A stretch of 64,000 nt of DNA from the NCBI GenBank assembly GCA_024226235.1, contig JAAELW010000122.1, forward strand, positions 7,953 through 71,952. The letters run 5' to 3'. Origin of the DNA: a bacterium (lineage in GTDB: Bacteria > Myxococcota_A > UBA9160 > UBA6930). A model generated the notes under the pieces. It did no database searches and was not told the DNA's origin. It worked only from the letters and a program-made list of their open reading frames with translations. Of the stretch, positions 53,597 through 63,027 are shown piece after piece. Numbering within the stretch: position 1 is the first letter of the stretch; each line of letters opens with the position of its first letter. Position numbers and translations under genes: made by a program.

Positions 53597-53634
53597 GCGC
53601 CGTGCTCAAAGCCGAACGGTTGCGATCGTGAGCG
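53578..53634 (+). repeat. 22-bp perfect direct repeat with 35-bp period, spanning the spoT stop and the next gene's start
   Basis: cgaacggttgcgatcgtgagcg occurs at 53578-53599 and again at 53613-53634. Confidence 0.9.
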
Positions 53635-54449
53635 AGGACCGTCCGGAGCTCAGCGTCTGCATCATCGCCTGCAACGAGGAGCGAGACCTTCCGCGCTGCC
53701 TCGCGTCGGTTGCATTTGCGGACGAGATCATCGTGATCGTGGACGATCGCAGTGGGGACGCCACCGAAAAGCTGGCACGAGAGGCCGGTGCGGAGGTGCT
53801 TCTGCATGCCTACGACGGAAATGTCGAGCAGAAGAACCTCGCGTTGGATCGGGCCCGGGGGCAATGGGTGCTGGCACTCGATGCGGACGAGGCGTTGAGT
53901 GACCAGTTGGCGGCGGAAATCCGTGCGTTCCTGGCCCAGCCGCCGTCGGATGTGGCCGGCATGGAGATCAATCGACTCACTTGGCATCTGGGGCGTTGGA
54001 TCCGGCACGGTGAGTTCTATCCCGACTGGCAGCTGCGCGTGTTCCGGAATGGAGCCGGGCGTTGGGCCGGCACGAATCCCCATGGACGGGTCGAACTCTC
54101 GCCCGAGGCTGGAAGCCAGGGGCGCTTTCGTGGCGAGGCCTGGCATTGGAGCTATCGCGATCTGACGGATCAGGTCGACCGCATCCAGGATTTCAGCAGC
54201 ATCCAGGCCAGGGCCAACCTGGAGAGTGGTCGCTCCCATGCGTTGCGCGACATGATTCTGCGTCCACCGGCACGCTTTGCGCGCGCCTTCCTTCTCAAAC
54301 AGGGCTATCGGGACGGAGTGCCGGGCTTCATCATTGCTGCGGCCACGGCCTTTCACGTATTCCTGAAGTACGCAAAGCAATGGGAGCAGAGCCATCTCGG
54401 CTCCGGAAAAAATGCTCGTGACGCTGGCAATACCGGACAGTCCGCCTAG
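53628..54449 (+). CDS. family 2 glycosyltransferase (WaaE/KdtX-like LPS core type)
   Basis: The GTG at 53628 lies inside repeat copy 2. Motifs LSVCIIACNEERDLPRCL, IIVIVDDRSGD, LALDADE, and the C-terminal helical tail typical of KdtX-like GT2 enzymes. Confidence 0.85.
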   Translation: MSEDRPELSVCIIACNEERDLPRCLASVAFADEIIVIVDDRSGDATEKLAREAGAEVLLHAYDGNVEQKNLALDRARGQWVLALDADEALSDQLAAEIRAFLAQPPSDVAGMEINRLTWHLGRWIRHGEFYPDWQLRVFRNGAGRWAGTNPHGRVELSPEAGSQGRFRGEAWHWSYRDLTDQVDRIQDFSSIQARANLESGRSHALRDMILRPPARFARAFLLKQGYRDGVPGFIIAAATAFHVFLKYAKQWEQSHLGSGKNARDAGNTGQSA

Positions 54450-55588
54450 TGCCTGGGCTCCGTGTTCTCCAGCTGACGAGTGATTGGAAGTGGACCGGGC
54501 CGGCCGAGCCCATGCTTCGGCTGGCGGAGGGCCAGCGGGCTCGCGGACATCAGGTGTGGCTGGGATGCCCTACGGCACCGGAGGGGGCCGACCGATCCGT
54601 CGGCAGCGAAGCCGCGGAGGCGGGGCTTCGTTGCTCGCTGGAGCTTCCGCGTGGGCGTGGCGTCCGGCCATTCGCGGATCGCTCCGTGGTCCGAGCGCTT
54701 CGCGAGCTGATGGACGAGCACGCAATCGAACTCGTCCACACCTGGCATACCCGGGATCATGTTCTCGCGCTGCGCGCCGCGGGGCGCCGCACCCGGTCCG
54801 GGCGTCCGGCCGTGGTGCGTTCCTACCGGATTGCTGAGCAGATTCCGGATCGTCCCTGGAATCGTTGGCTGTATGGCGCGCGCACGGATGGGCTCCTCTG
54901 CGTTTCCCCGCAGACGGCTCGAGCCAACCGGCTGCTGCGTGGTGGCCGGCCGACCCGCGGGGTGTTCGGTGCGGTGGATGTGGAGCGCTTTCGGCCGATC
55001 GCTCCGAATCCAGAGTCGCGTCGCGCACTCGGGTTGGCTCCTGAGCATCGCGTCGTCGGGATCGTCGCCCGGGTGCAGCCCCACCGGCGCTTCGACCTGC
55101 TTCTCGAAGCCGCCCGCGTGCAGGCAGAGCGCGATCCCGCATTCCGCTTGCTGGTGATTGGCCGCGGCACCCGGCGCCGAGAGCTGGCCGAGCAGCCGGC
55201 CCGGGAGATGGGGCTGGAAGAGAGAGTCCTCTTTGCTGGCTACCGGCGCGAGGACTACGCGGATGTGTTGCGTACGATGGACGTCTTCACCTTCCTCGTG
55301 CCGGGTAGCGATGGCACCTGCCGGGCGCTCCTGGAGGCTGCGGCGTGTGGGATACCCGCGGTCGTGTCCCGCCTCGGAGCGTTGCCCGAGATCGTGGTCG
55401 ATGGGAAGACCGGCCTGCTGGTGGCCGACGATCCCGCTGCATTGGCGGATGCCTGGCAGGTGCTCCTCGATGACACGGAGAAGCGTCAGGGGTTCGGCGC
55501 CGAGGCACGCAAGCGCGCTGAAACCAGCTTTACCCCGGAGCGGCTGGCCGAGGAGGTCGAGGTGCTCTATCGCGAGGCTCTTGCTTGA
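54449..55588 (+). CDS. family 4 (GT-B, GT1-fold) glycosyltransferase
   Basis: N-terminus RVLQLTSDW.WTGPAEP, and C-terminal E..G....EA.A.G.P.V motif (CRALLEAAACGIPAVVSRLGALPEIV.DG.TG). Confidence 0.85.
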   Translation: MPGLRVLQLTSDWKWTGPAEPMLRLAEGQRARGHQVWLGCPTAPEGADRSVGSEAAEAGLRCSLELPRGRGVRPFADRSVVRALRELMDEHAIELVHTWHTRDHVLALRAAGRRTRSGRPAVVRSYRIAEQIPDRPWNRWLYGARTDGLLCVSPQTARANRLLRGGRPTRGVFGAVDVERFRPIAPNPESRRALGLAPEHRVVGIVARVQPHRRFDLLLEAARVQAERDPAFRLLVIGRGTRRRELAEQPAREMGLEERVLFAGYRREDYADVLRTMDVFTFLVPGSDGTCRALLEAAACGIPAVVSRLGALPEIVVDGKTGLLVADDPAALADAWQVLLDDTEKRQGFGAEARKRAETSFTPERLAEEVEVLYREALA

Positions 55589-56652
55589 AGCCTCTCTTCG
55601 TGCCGGGACGCTTGTGTTTGATGGGAGAGCATTCCGACTGGGCGGCGGGTTACCGGCGCACCCACCCGGAAATATCGCGTGGTCATTGCCTGGTCGCCGG
55701 GACCGACCAGGGTCTCCACGCGGAGGCCCGGCCGATCGCGGATGCCCTCGAGATCGAGAGCGTCCTGCCGCACGGTGAGGAGATGGGGCCGGCGCGAATC
55801 CAGGCGACAGTCGCAGCACTCACCGATGCCGCCGCCGGAGCCGACTTCTTCAGCTATGCAGCAGGTGTTGCAGCCGAAGCCATCGAGCGCTTCCAGGTCG
55901 GCGGCCTGCGAATGCGGGTCGATTCCGATCTTCCCGTCCGCAAGGGTCTCTCATCCTCTGCGGCGGTATGCGTCCTGGTCGCCCGAGCCTATTCGAAAGC
56001 CTATGGGCTCGGCCTCGATGTGGCCACCGAAATGGATCTGGCCTACGCGGGTGAGCGCCGCACGGGCTCGGAATGTGGGCGCATGGATCAGGTCTGTGCC
56101 TACGGTCGTCAGGTGACCTCTCTCGTTTTCGATGGGGAAGGGTTGCAGGTCGATGTCGTCGAACCGGGCGCCGAGTTTCATTTTCTGATCGTGGACCTTC
56201 GGCGAGGCAAGGATACGCGCCGGATCCTGTCCGATCTGAATGCCTGTTATCCGAATACGCAGGGTGCGGTAGCGCGCCGGGTTCGCGAGGGGCTCGGGCA
56301 GGCGAACATCCGGCTCGTCGCCGAGGGACGCCGAGCCATCGAGACGGGAGACGTCGTCGGATTGGGTGCATGCCTCGACGAGGCCCAGACGCTCTTCGAC
56401 GAAGCGGTGGCTCCGGCCAGCCAGGAACTCCGGTCCCCGCGGTTGCACGAAATCCTGGATCACCCGGCGGTGTCCGAACTCGCCCACGGAGCCAAAGGGA
56501 TCGGCTCCCAAGGGGACGGTTCGGTCCAGGTCCTGGCTCACGACGTCGAGGCGCGCGAGGAGTTGGCCCGGCGGTTGGAGACCGAGGAGGGCGTGCATTG
56601 TCTTCGGTTGAGTCTCGGGTCGGGGCGCGACGAGGGGGAGGGGCTCGGATAG
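55585..56652 (+). CDS. GHMP-family sugar kinase (galactokinase-like)
   Basis: Galactokinase-type N-terminal signature PGRLCLMGEHSDW and GHMP motif II DLPVRKGLSSSAAVCV. The start overlaps the upstream stop (TTGA). Confidence 0.8.
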   Translation: MKPLFVPGRLCLMGEHSDWAAGYRRTHPEISRGHCLVAGTDQGLHAEARPIADALEIESVLPHGEEMGPARIQATVAALTDAAAGADFFSYAAGVAAEAIERFQVGGLRMRVDSDLPVRKGLSSSAAVCVLVARAYSKAYGLGLDVATEMDLAYAGERRTGSECGRMDQVCAYGRQVTSLVFDGEGLQVDVVEPGAEFHFLIVDLRRGKDTRRILSDLNACYPNTQGAVARRVREGLGQANIRLVAEGRRAIETGDVVGLGACLDEAQTLFDEAVAPASQELRSPRLHEILDHPAVSELAHGAKGIGSQGDGSVQVLAHDVEAREELARRLETEEGVHCLRLSLGSGRDEGEGLG

Positions 56653-56710
56653 AGCGAACGCCCGATGCACGTGTCTGTGGAAACCATGCGCAACAGGGCT
56701 TTCGACATTC

Positions 56711-58363
56711 ATGAACCTCCATCCGGGACGAGGTCGGGACCGGGCCCGGATGAGGCGGGGATCAAGCCTCCCGTCAGAGCCGCCGATGTCTTTCAGGCAC
56801 GCCCACTGCAAGATCACCGAAAGCGACGGCAACCGTACCGACATGGCAAAAGTCTCATCTGGAGATTTCCGGGAACTGATTCGCGGCGCGACCCTTCCTT
56901 CTCCGCCCGAAGTCGCGGTTGCGATCATCGAGTTGGCGAAGGACGAAGGCGCCTGCTTCGAGGACTATTCCGAGGTCCTGAGCCGGGATCCGGTCTTGGC
57001 CTCCCGGGTCATCAAGCTCGCGAACTCGCCGATGTTCGGGCTCGCGAGGACGGTGACCGACCTGGCAGATGCGTGCAGTCTGTTGGGCCTGCGAACCATT
57101 CGGACATTGGCCCTCGGTTTCTCGCTGACCGCGGCCCTGCCTTCCCACGGTGGTGCGAAGTCGTTCTCGCACGACGAGTTCTGGGAGCGGACCGTGCTGT
57201 TCGCAGTGGCAGCACGGGAGTTCGCGCTGCGCAAGGACCGCACCATTTCGGATGAAGCGTTCCTGTGTGGGCTGCTCGCGACGATCGGCCAACTGGCGAT
57301 GGCACACCTGATCCCGAAGCAATACGAGCGTCTCCTGCGCAGAGCCGACGGCTGGCCCACGGCCGACGAAGAATCGAAAGCCCTCGGCTTCGATCACCTC
57401 GATGCCACCGAATGGTTGCTGGAACACTGGGGGATCCCCGAAGAGCTCTGGGCCGGGGCCACGGGTTGGGCGTCTGGAGGTGATCCGCAACAGCCTCTCG
57501 CCGAGGTGTTGACCGCCGCTCGAGCTGTCGTGGCTCTGCGGTTCGGAAAGACGACCAAAGGTCAGGCCCTGGATGATCTCCACGGTCTGGCAGCGGATCT
57601 GGGTCTCGATTCCACCAGGATGGATGCACTTCTGCTTTTCATTTCCGACCAGGCGAAGCGCTTGCCGAAGGCCATGGAGGCCGGCAGCAGTGAGGGGGTC
57701 GATGCCTATCATCTGCTCGCTCAGGCTCGAGAGCAGATGCTCGAACTCTCGTACAGGACGGCCGCCGATCTCAACCGATCGGAGCGGAGATCCAGAGCCC
57801 TCGAATCACGAGTGACCCAGATGACGGAGCAGCTCAATCGAGATTCGCTTACGGGTCTCGGGAATCGGGCATTCTACGAGGCGGCCCTCTCCGAAGCGAT
57901 CGAACGTGGCACGAAGGAAGACGAAGGGGAAGACGGAGCGGATGGTCTGGGTCTGCTGGTCATCGATGTGGACTCTTTCAAGGGTTTCAATGACGGATTC
58001 GGCCATCCGGCAGGGGACGAGGTTCTCCGGTTGGTGGGCCAGGTGCTCGGGGGAACGTGCCGGGCAGGTGACATCGCGGCCCGGATTGGCGGGGATGAGT
58101 TCGCGGTCATCGTTCCCAACGCGACGCTCGAGAGCCTGGCTGGACTCGGGGAGCGACTCAGGCGCTTCATCGCGGATACGCCGCTTCAGTTTGGCCGCAA
58201 TGTCGAGCACATCACGCTCAGCATCGGCGGAGCACTCCTCGTCACGCCGTGCTCTTGCGGAGACAAGTCGCGCTTGATCGCCGAAGCTGATCGGCAGCTG
58301 TACCTCGCCAAGCACGCCGGCCGAAACCTGGTCTCGATTTCAGCAGAAGCCCTCGAGGGTTAG
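56711..58363 (+). CDS. HDOD domain / GGDEF diguanylate cyclase
   Basis: HDOD motifs (LPSPPEVAVAIIEL, SRDPVLASRVIKLANSPMFG). A coiled-coil linker follows. GGDEF domain: DSLTGLGNR, LLVIDVDSFKGFNDGFGHPAGD, RIGGDEFAVIV, with RAGD five residues upstream (I-site-like). The start is uncertain (56711, 56786 or 56843). Confidence 0.85.
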   Translation: MNLHPGRGRDRARMRRGSSLPSEPPMSFRHAHCKITESDGNRTDMAKVSSGDFRELIRGATLPSPPEVAVAIIELAKDEGACFEDYSEVLSRDPVLASRVIKLANSPMFGLARTVTDLADACSLLGLRTIRTLALGFSLTAALPSHGGAKSFSHDEFWERTVLFAVAAREFALRKDRTISDEAFLCGLLATIGQLAMAHLIPKQYERLLRRADGWPTADEESKALGFDHLDATEWLLEHWGIPEELWAGATGWASGGDPQQPLAEVLTAARAVVALRFGKTTKGQALDDLHGLAADLGLDSTRMDALLLFISDQAKRLPKAMEAGSSEGVDAYHLLAQAREQMLELSYRTAADLNRSERRSRALESRVTQMTEQLNRDSLTGLGNRAFYEAALSEAIERGTKEDEGEDGADGLGLLVIDVDSFKGFNDGFGHPAGDEVLRLVGQVLGGTCRAGDIAARIGGDEFAVIVPNATLESLAGLGERLRRFIADTPLQFGRNVEHITLSIGGALLVTPCSCGDKSRLIAEADRQLYLAKHAGRNLVSISAEALEG

Positions 58364-58418
58364 CTCCGACGCCCACCCGGTCGGACAGCCGGGCCTGCAG
58401 CGCAGGGCCAAGGCATTT

Positions 58419-58440
58419 CGAACCGAACCGAACCGAACCG
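58419..58440. repeat. (CGAAC)4 pentanucleotide microsatellite
   Basis: cgaaccgaaccgaaccgaaccg lies in the convergent intergenic gap between the GGDEF gene and the msbA-like gene. Confidence 0.85.
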
Positions 58441-58448
58441 CAAGGCCG

Positions 58449-60383
58449 CTATTCCGGGTTCGGTTGTAGCGCCATCAGCTCCCGGTAGAGCCCGCCGCGG
58501 GCCATCAGCTCCTCGTGCCGGCCCAGATCTGCGACCTTGCCGCCGTCGAGTACGAGGATCTTGTCGGCGTGGCGGATGGTCGAGAGGCGGTGCGCGATGA
58601 TGAAGACGGTTCGGCCGCCCAGAAGGGCTTGGATGGCGTCTTGCACGTAGCGCTCGCTCTTCGCGTCGAGCGAGCTGGTGGCCTCGTCGAAGATCAGCAC
58701 GGCGGGATCACACAAGATGGCTCTGGCGATGGTGATGCGTTGGCGTTGCCCACCCGATAGTCGGACCCCGGCGTCGCCGACCTCGGTGTCGTAGCCGTCG
58801 GGGAGCTCGCGGACGAACTCCTCTACGTGCGCGGCGCGGGCGGCTTGGATGACTTCGGCTTCCGTGGCTTCCGGGCGGGCGTAGCGGATGTTCTCCCGGA
58901 TGCTGCCTGTGAACAAGAAGGACTCTTGACTGACGACGGCGCAGTGGCTTCGCCAGGAGCTGCGCGTCACGTTTCGCAGATCTACGCCGTCCACCTCGAT
59001 GCTGCCCTGGTCCGGGTCGTAGAAACGCAGGATCAGGTCGGCCACCGTCGTCTTGCCGCTGCCCGTAGGTCCGACGATGGCCACCACCTCGCCCTGGTTC
59101 ACATCGAGGGAGAGGCCCTTCAGTACGGATTCGCGGCCGTAGGAGAATGTGATGTTGGAGAGCTTCAACCCCTCGCGCAGGGCGGGGAGATCGACCGCAT
59201 CGGGCGCGTCGGCGGGTTCGCCCTCGGTATCGAGGAGCAGGAAGAAGCGTTCGGCCGAAGGCATGGCCTCCTGCAGCTTGGTCCAGCCCTTGGTGATTTC
59301 CTTCATTGGCCGGTAGGTCGTCTGCATCACGACGATGAATGCCATCAGCGACCCGACCGTGAGCCCAAACAGTTGTCCAGCCACGACCGCGACGCCGAGC
59401 AGCAGAACGCCGATCCCGGCCGCATTGGTGATGGCCTCGACGGTGGCGCGGGAGAGCGCCCGGTTCTTCACGACCTTCAGGTTGCGGCGGTAGAAGCGGA
59501 GGTTGTGCTCGTCGAACGCGCGTTCCTCGCCGGCTTCGGCTTGGAAGGCCTTGATGACCTTGATGCCGGCAAGGATCTGGAGGAGTCGTCCGGTGACGTC
59601 GGCCTGACTCTGCTGCCTGCGGCGCGCGCTCTTGCGGATGCGTCGCCCGAAAATCGCGATGGCGCCGGCGATGGGTGGCGCGACGACGACCAACGTGAGG
59701 GTGAGTGGCCAGGAGAGGTAGAGCAACGTGGCGACGCCGACGCCCAGTGCGAGCACGCTCTGGACGACGTCGGAGAAGAGCAGGTCGAGGGATTGCTGTG
59801 CGCGCTGGGCGTCGTTCATCACCCGGGAGAGGGTGTCGCCACGGCTCACGCCGTGGTGGAAGCGCAGCGGGAGACGTAGCAGCTTCGCGCAGAGATCCCG
59901 TTGCACGTCGACCAACACGCGCCCGAGCACGGTCTCGGCAAGGTAGACCTGGAAGAAATGGGAGATGGGCAGCAGGGTCAGGATCAGCAGTGCAGCCAGC
60001 AGGATGCGCGGAAGGCTGCGCTTCACCTCGCTGACGACGGCCCCTCCGCCCTGCGTCGCGGTCTGCGCCGGAGTGGCAGTGTCTGGGCTCGAGGTGTCTT
60101 CCCGGCCCAGCGCGGAGCTGAACCAATCGCCCAACGCCGGTGCGCTGCCCGCTGAGACCTGGGGCAGGATCACATCGTCGAAGAGCGGCTGGACGAGCAC
60201 GGCTCGGCCCGTGCGGGCACCGGAGTAGACCAACGCCGCAAGGATGGCGACCAGCATCAGCCCCACATACGGTCGGACGTAGGCGAGCAGGCGCCAGAAC
60301 GAGGAGAACGACCCCGGTGCTGGGGCCTCGGGTTCCTCCCCAGGCATGGGGGAAGGTTCGGTCAACGATTCCTCCGGGGGCAA
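58449..60383 (-). CDS. ABC transporter permease/ATPase, MsbA-like lipid exporter
   Basis: Six-TM exporter domain plus NBD (GPTGSGKTT, LSGGQRQRITIARA, LIFDEATSSLD, AHRLSTI). Confidence 0.88.
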   Translation of the reverse strand: MPPEESLTEPSPMPGEEPEAPAPGSFSSFWRLLAYVRPYVGLMLVAILAALVYSGARTGRAVLVQPLFDDVILPQVSAGSAPALGDWFSSALGREDTSSPDTATPAQTATQGGGAVVSEVKRSLPRILLAALLILTLLPISHFFQVYLAETVLGRVLVDVQRDLCAKLLRLPLRFHHGVSRGDTLSRVMNDAQRAQQSLDLLFSDVVQSVLALGVGVATLLYLSWPLTLTLVVVAPPIAGAIAIFGRRIRKSARRRQQSQADVTGRLLQILAGIKVIKAFQAEAGEERAFDEHNLRFYRRNLKVVKNRALSRATVEAITNAAGIGVLLLGVAVVAGQLFGLTVGSLMAFIVVMQTTYRPMKEITKGWTKLQEAMPSAERFFLLLDTEGEPADAPDAVDLPALREGLKLSNITFSYGRESVLKGLSLDVNQGEVVAIVGPTGSGKTTVADLILRFYDPDQGSIEVDGVDLRNVTRSSWRSHCAVVSQESFLFTGSIRENIRYARPEATEAEVIQAARAAHVEEFVRELPDGYDTEVGDAGVRLSGGQRQRITIARAILCDPAVLIFDEATSSLDAKSERYVQDAIQALLGGRTVFIIAHRLSTIRHADKILVLDGGKVADLGRHEELMARGGLYRELMALQPNPE

Positions 60384-60398
60384 TGCCGAGGGTAGGGG

Positions 60399-61784
60399 CT
60401 ACCCGAGTTCCTCGCGAATCGCATCCCCAGCCCGCCATCCGAGCAGCAGCTCGCCCTCGAGGCCGAGCGAGGCCACCTCCTCGCGCGGCAGGGTGAAAAC
60501 GGGTTCGCGGCTTCGGGTGCGGACGGTCACGGCGCTGGGCCAGCTCGGGCTCTGGCCTGGTTGGCCCATCGGATCGTCCCAACCAGGGGTGGGGGCGAGT
60601 GGCCCCGCCTTCAGTCGCCGCTCCGAAAAGGGCATCAGTGTCCGGATCTCGGCCTCCAGCGCTTCCGCTACGGGTTCCGGGTCGGCGTCGGCCGGGATCG
60701 TCGCAGCTGCCACCAACTCGGCGAAGCGTTTGCCTCGGGGAGAGGGGTGCAACGACAGGCGAATCGGGCTGGTGATTGGGCCGCTTTCCGGAGCCGGAAG
60801 CAGCGCGCGGGGAGCCAACGGCTCTGGCACCACCTCCCGGAGGGCGCGGAAGTGGACGGCACATCGTCTGAAGGCCGGCCGCGCCCCACCGAGGAAGCCC
60901 GGTACTGGCTTTCCCCAGCCCTCGAGGGCGGTGGTCAGCGCCCCGCCGATGGTGTTGATGACCAGGGCCCGGCCAAACCACGCATCTCCAGGCCCCGATC
61001 GCAGGATGCCCGGATGCCCTCCGAGCTCGACGAATTCGAAGGGGCAGCCGATGGTTCGAAACTCTGCGTGCAGGTTTTCCAGTCGCTCGCGCAACGCGCC
61101 CAGCAGGCCCGTCTCGCCGGTCGAGTGTCCGGTGCCCCCCGCCAGGGTCGCGCCTAGCAAGCGGGTCGTCGCCTCCGGCCCCGGCTCGCCTTCCGGCAGC
61201 TCACAAAGCCCCCGGCTCTGCAGGGAGAAGTAGGCGGCGAGTTCTCCGTCGGCGGTATGGACCCCTGTCGGGAGCCCTGCCCCCGCCGGGGCCTCACGCG
61301 AGAGCGGGGCCAGGCGGGAGCTCCGCTTCACGAACGCGGCCTCCAGCAACCCCTGTCCCAGGGCGGCAGCGCTCCGCTCGAGTTCGTGGGTCAAGGCGCG
61401 GGCTTCTTCGGGCTTGGCCAGGCCCCAGGCCACGAGCTCTCGAGCCGTCAGGTCCCGGTCCCCCACGTCGAGGCGGGCCTCCGGAAGCAGCACCTGGTAG
61501 GCCACCTCGCCAGGTGTGAAGCGCCGTCGCTCGATCGACGGGATGCCGAGAGCACGGAGGGCTTGATCCACCAGGCCGTTGCCGAGAACGCCAGGCACCG
61601 TGAATGGTTCGCGAAAGAGTAGCGGTGTGCGAGCCGTCGTATCTTCCTCGGCAACCAACACCCGGTGCCCCGCCATCGCGAGGCGGATCCCCACGACCAG
61701 GCCGGGCAATGCGCTCCCCAGGATCAACACATCCCAGCGGCGCGAGCGAAGGGCATTCCGGGCTTCGATGCGCGGTCGGGCCAT
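60399..61784 (-). CDS. hypothetical NAD(P)/FAD-binding oxidoreductase-like protein (CrtI/phytoene-desaturase-like, divergent)
   Basis: The ATG at 61784 lies 22 nt after the purM stop. N-terminal Rossmann-like WDVLILGSALPGLVVGIRLAMAGHRVLVAEE has a degenerate GxGxxG motif. The rest was not recognisable by eye. Confidence 0.5.
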   Translation of the reverse strand: MARPRIEARNALRSRRWDVLILGSALPGLVVGIRLAMAGHRVLVAEEDTTARTPLLFREPFTVPGVLGNGLVDQALRALGIPSIERRRFTPGEVAYQVLLPEARLDVGDRDLTARELVAWGLAKPEEARALTHELERSAAALGQGLLEAAFVKRSSRLAPLSREAPAGAGLPTGVHTADGELAAYFSLQSRGLCELPEGEPGPEATTRLLGATLAGGTGHSTGETGLLGALRERLENLHAEFRTIGCPFEFVELGGHPGILRSGPGDAWFGRALVINTIGGALTTALEGWGKPVPGFLGGARPAFRRCAVHFRALREVVPEPLAPRALLPAPESGPITSPIRLSLHPSPRGKRFAELVAAATIPADADPEPVAEALEAEIRTLMPFSERRLKAGPLAPTPGWDDPMGQPGQSPSWPSAVTVRTRSREPVFTLPREEVASLGLEGELLLGWRAGDAIREELG

Positions 61785-61806
61785 CAGCGCTTCGCGGGCC
61801 CGGGCC

Positions 61807-62895
61807 TCATCCAGCCGGGTCCTGTTGGCCGCCTTCGAAGAGCAGCGACGGTTCGCCTTCCTGCTTGGCTTCGATGGTGCCGATCCGGTATGCGCGCTCG
61901 CCCATTCCGCCAAGGCGTTCCAGCATGTCGTCCGCATCTTCGCGGCGAGCGATCAGGATCATCCCGAGGCCGCAATTGAAGACGCGGCGCATCTCCTGCT
62001 GGGAGATCTCGCCGTGCCTTGCCAGGAAATCGAAGATCGCCGGCCGGGGCCAGGCCGAGAGGTCGATGCGTGCGCGCGTAGCGGATGGCAGGACTCGCGG
62101 CACGTTGCCGTCGAAGCCGCCGCCGGTCACGTGGACGATGCCGTTGAGCGTGAAATCACGCAGCAGGTTCAGGATCGACTTCACATAGATGCGCGTCGGC
62201 GCCAGCAGAGCGGCTGCCAGCGAGGTGTTCAGCTCGGGCGGAGCGTCGCGCAGGTCGAATTTTCCGGCGGCGATGCCTTCGTCCACGATCTGCCGCACCA
62301 GCGAGAAGCCATTCGAGTGGACCCCGTTCGAGGCCAGACCGATCAGCACGTCTCCGACCCGGATGCTCGAGCCGTCGATTACACGATCCCTCTCGACGAC
62401 CCCGACGCCAAAGCCCACGAGTTCCAGTTCGCTCTTGGCGTAGAAGCCCGGCATGCTCGCCGTCTCACCACCCAAGAGCGCACAGCCAGCCCGGCGGCAA
62501 CCTTCGGCGACTCCGCGCAGCGCCTCGGCGGCGATCTCCTCATCCATCTCACCCATGGCCAGGTAATCGAGGAAGACCAGCGGCTCAGCGCCCTGGACCA
62601 CCAGATCGTTCACGACCATGGCCACACAGTCGATGCCGATCGTGTCGTAGCGGCCCATCAAAGCGGCCAGCTTCAGCTTCGTGCCTACCCCATCGGCGCC
62701 GGCCACGAAGACCGGGGAGGTGTAGCGCTCCGGCGCCTTGAACAGCCCTGCGAAACCACCGATCGAGGAGAGGATCTCGGGCCTGAACGTGCTCCGGGAG
62801 ATCTCCTTGATCTCGTCTACGAACCCCTCGTCCTTGTCCAGGTCGACGCCGGCGCGCGCATAGGTCGGGGCACTCTTCTCGTCGGGGGGCGACAT
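61807..62895 (-). CDS. purM: phosphoribosylformylglycinamidine cyclo-ligase (AIR synthetase)
   Basis: Motifs YARAGVDLD, IGGFAGLF, GADGVGTK, DCVAMVVNDL, HSNGFSL. ATG at 62895. Confidence 0.93.
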   Translation of the reverse strand: MSPPDEKSAPTYARAGVDLDKDEGFVDEIKEISRSTFRPEILSSIGGFAGLFKAPERYTSPVFVAGADGVGTKLKLAALMGRYDTIGIDCVAMVVNDLVVQGAEPLVFLDYLAMGEMDEEIAAEALRGVAEGCRRAGCALLGGETASMPGFYAKSELELVGFGVGVVERDRVIDGSSIRVGDVLIGLASNGVHSNGFSLVRQIVDEGIAAGKFDLRDAPPELNTSLAAALLAPTRIYVKSILNLLRDFTLNGIVHVTGGGFDGNVPRVLPSATRARIDLSAWPRPAIFDFLARHGEISQQEMRRVFNCGLGMILIARREDADDMLERLGGMGERAYRIGTIEAKQEGEPSLLFEGGQQDPAG

Positions 62896-63027
62896 GAGAC
62901 GTAGATAGCAATTTCGAAGCCCGGCCGCGCCCAAGCCCCCTTCCCCCACCGCAGGGTCGGGAGCCCCGCGGGCTCTTCCTGAATGGAGGTGCGGCGATGC
63001 CGCGAGACGAACCGAACGGGATTGCGG

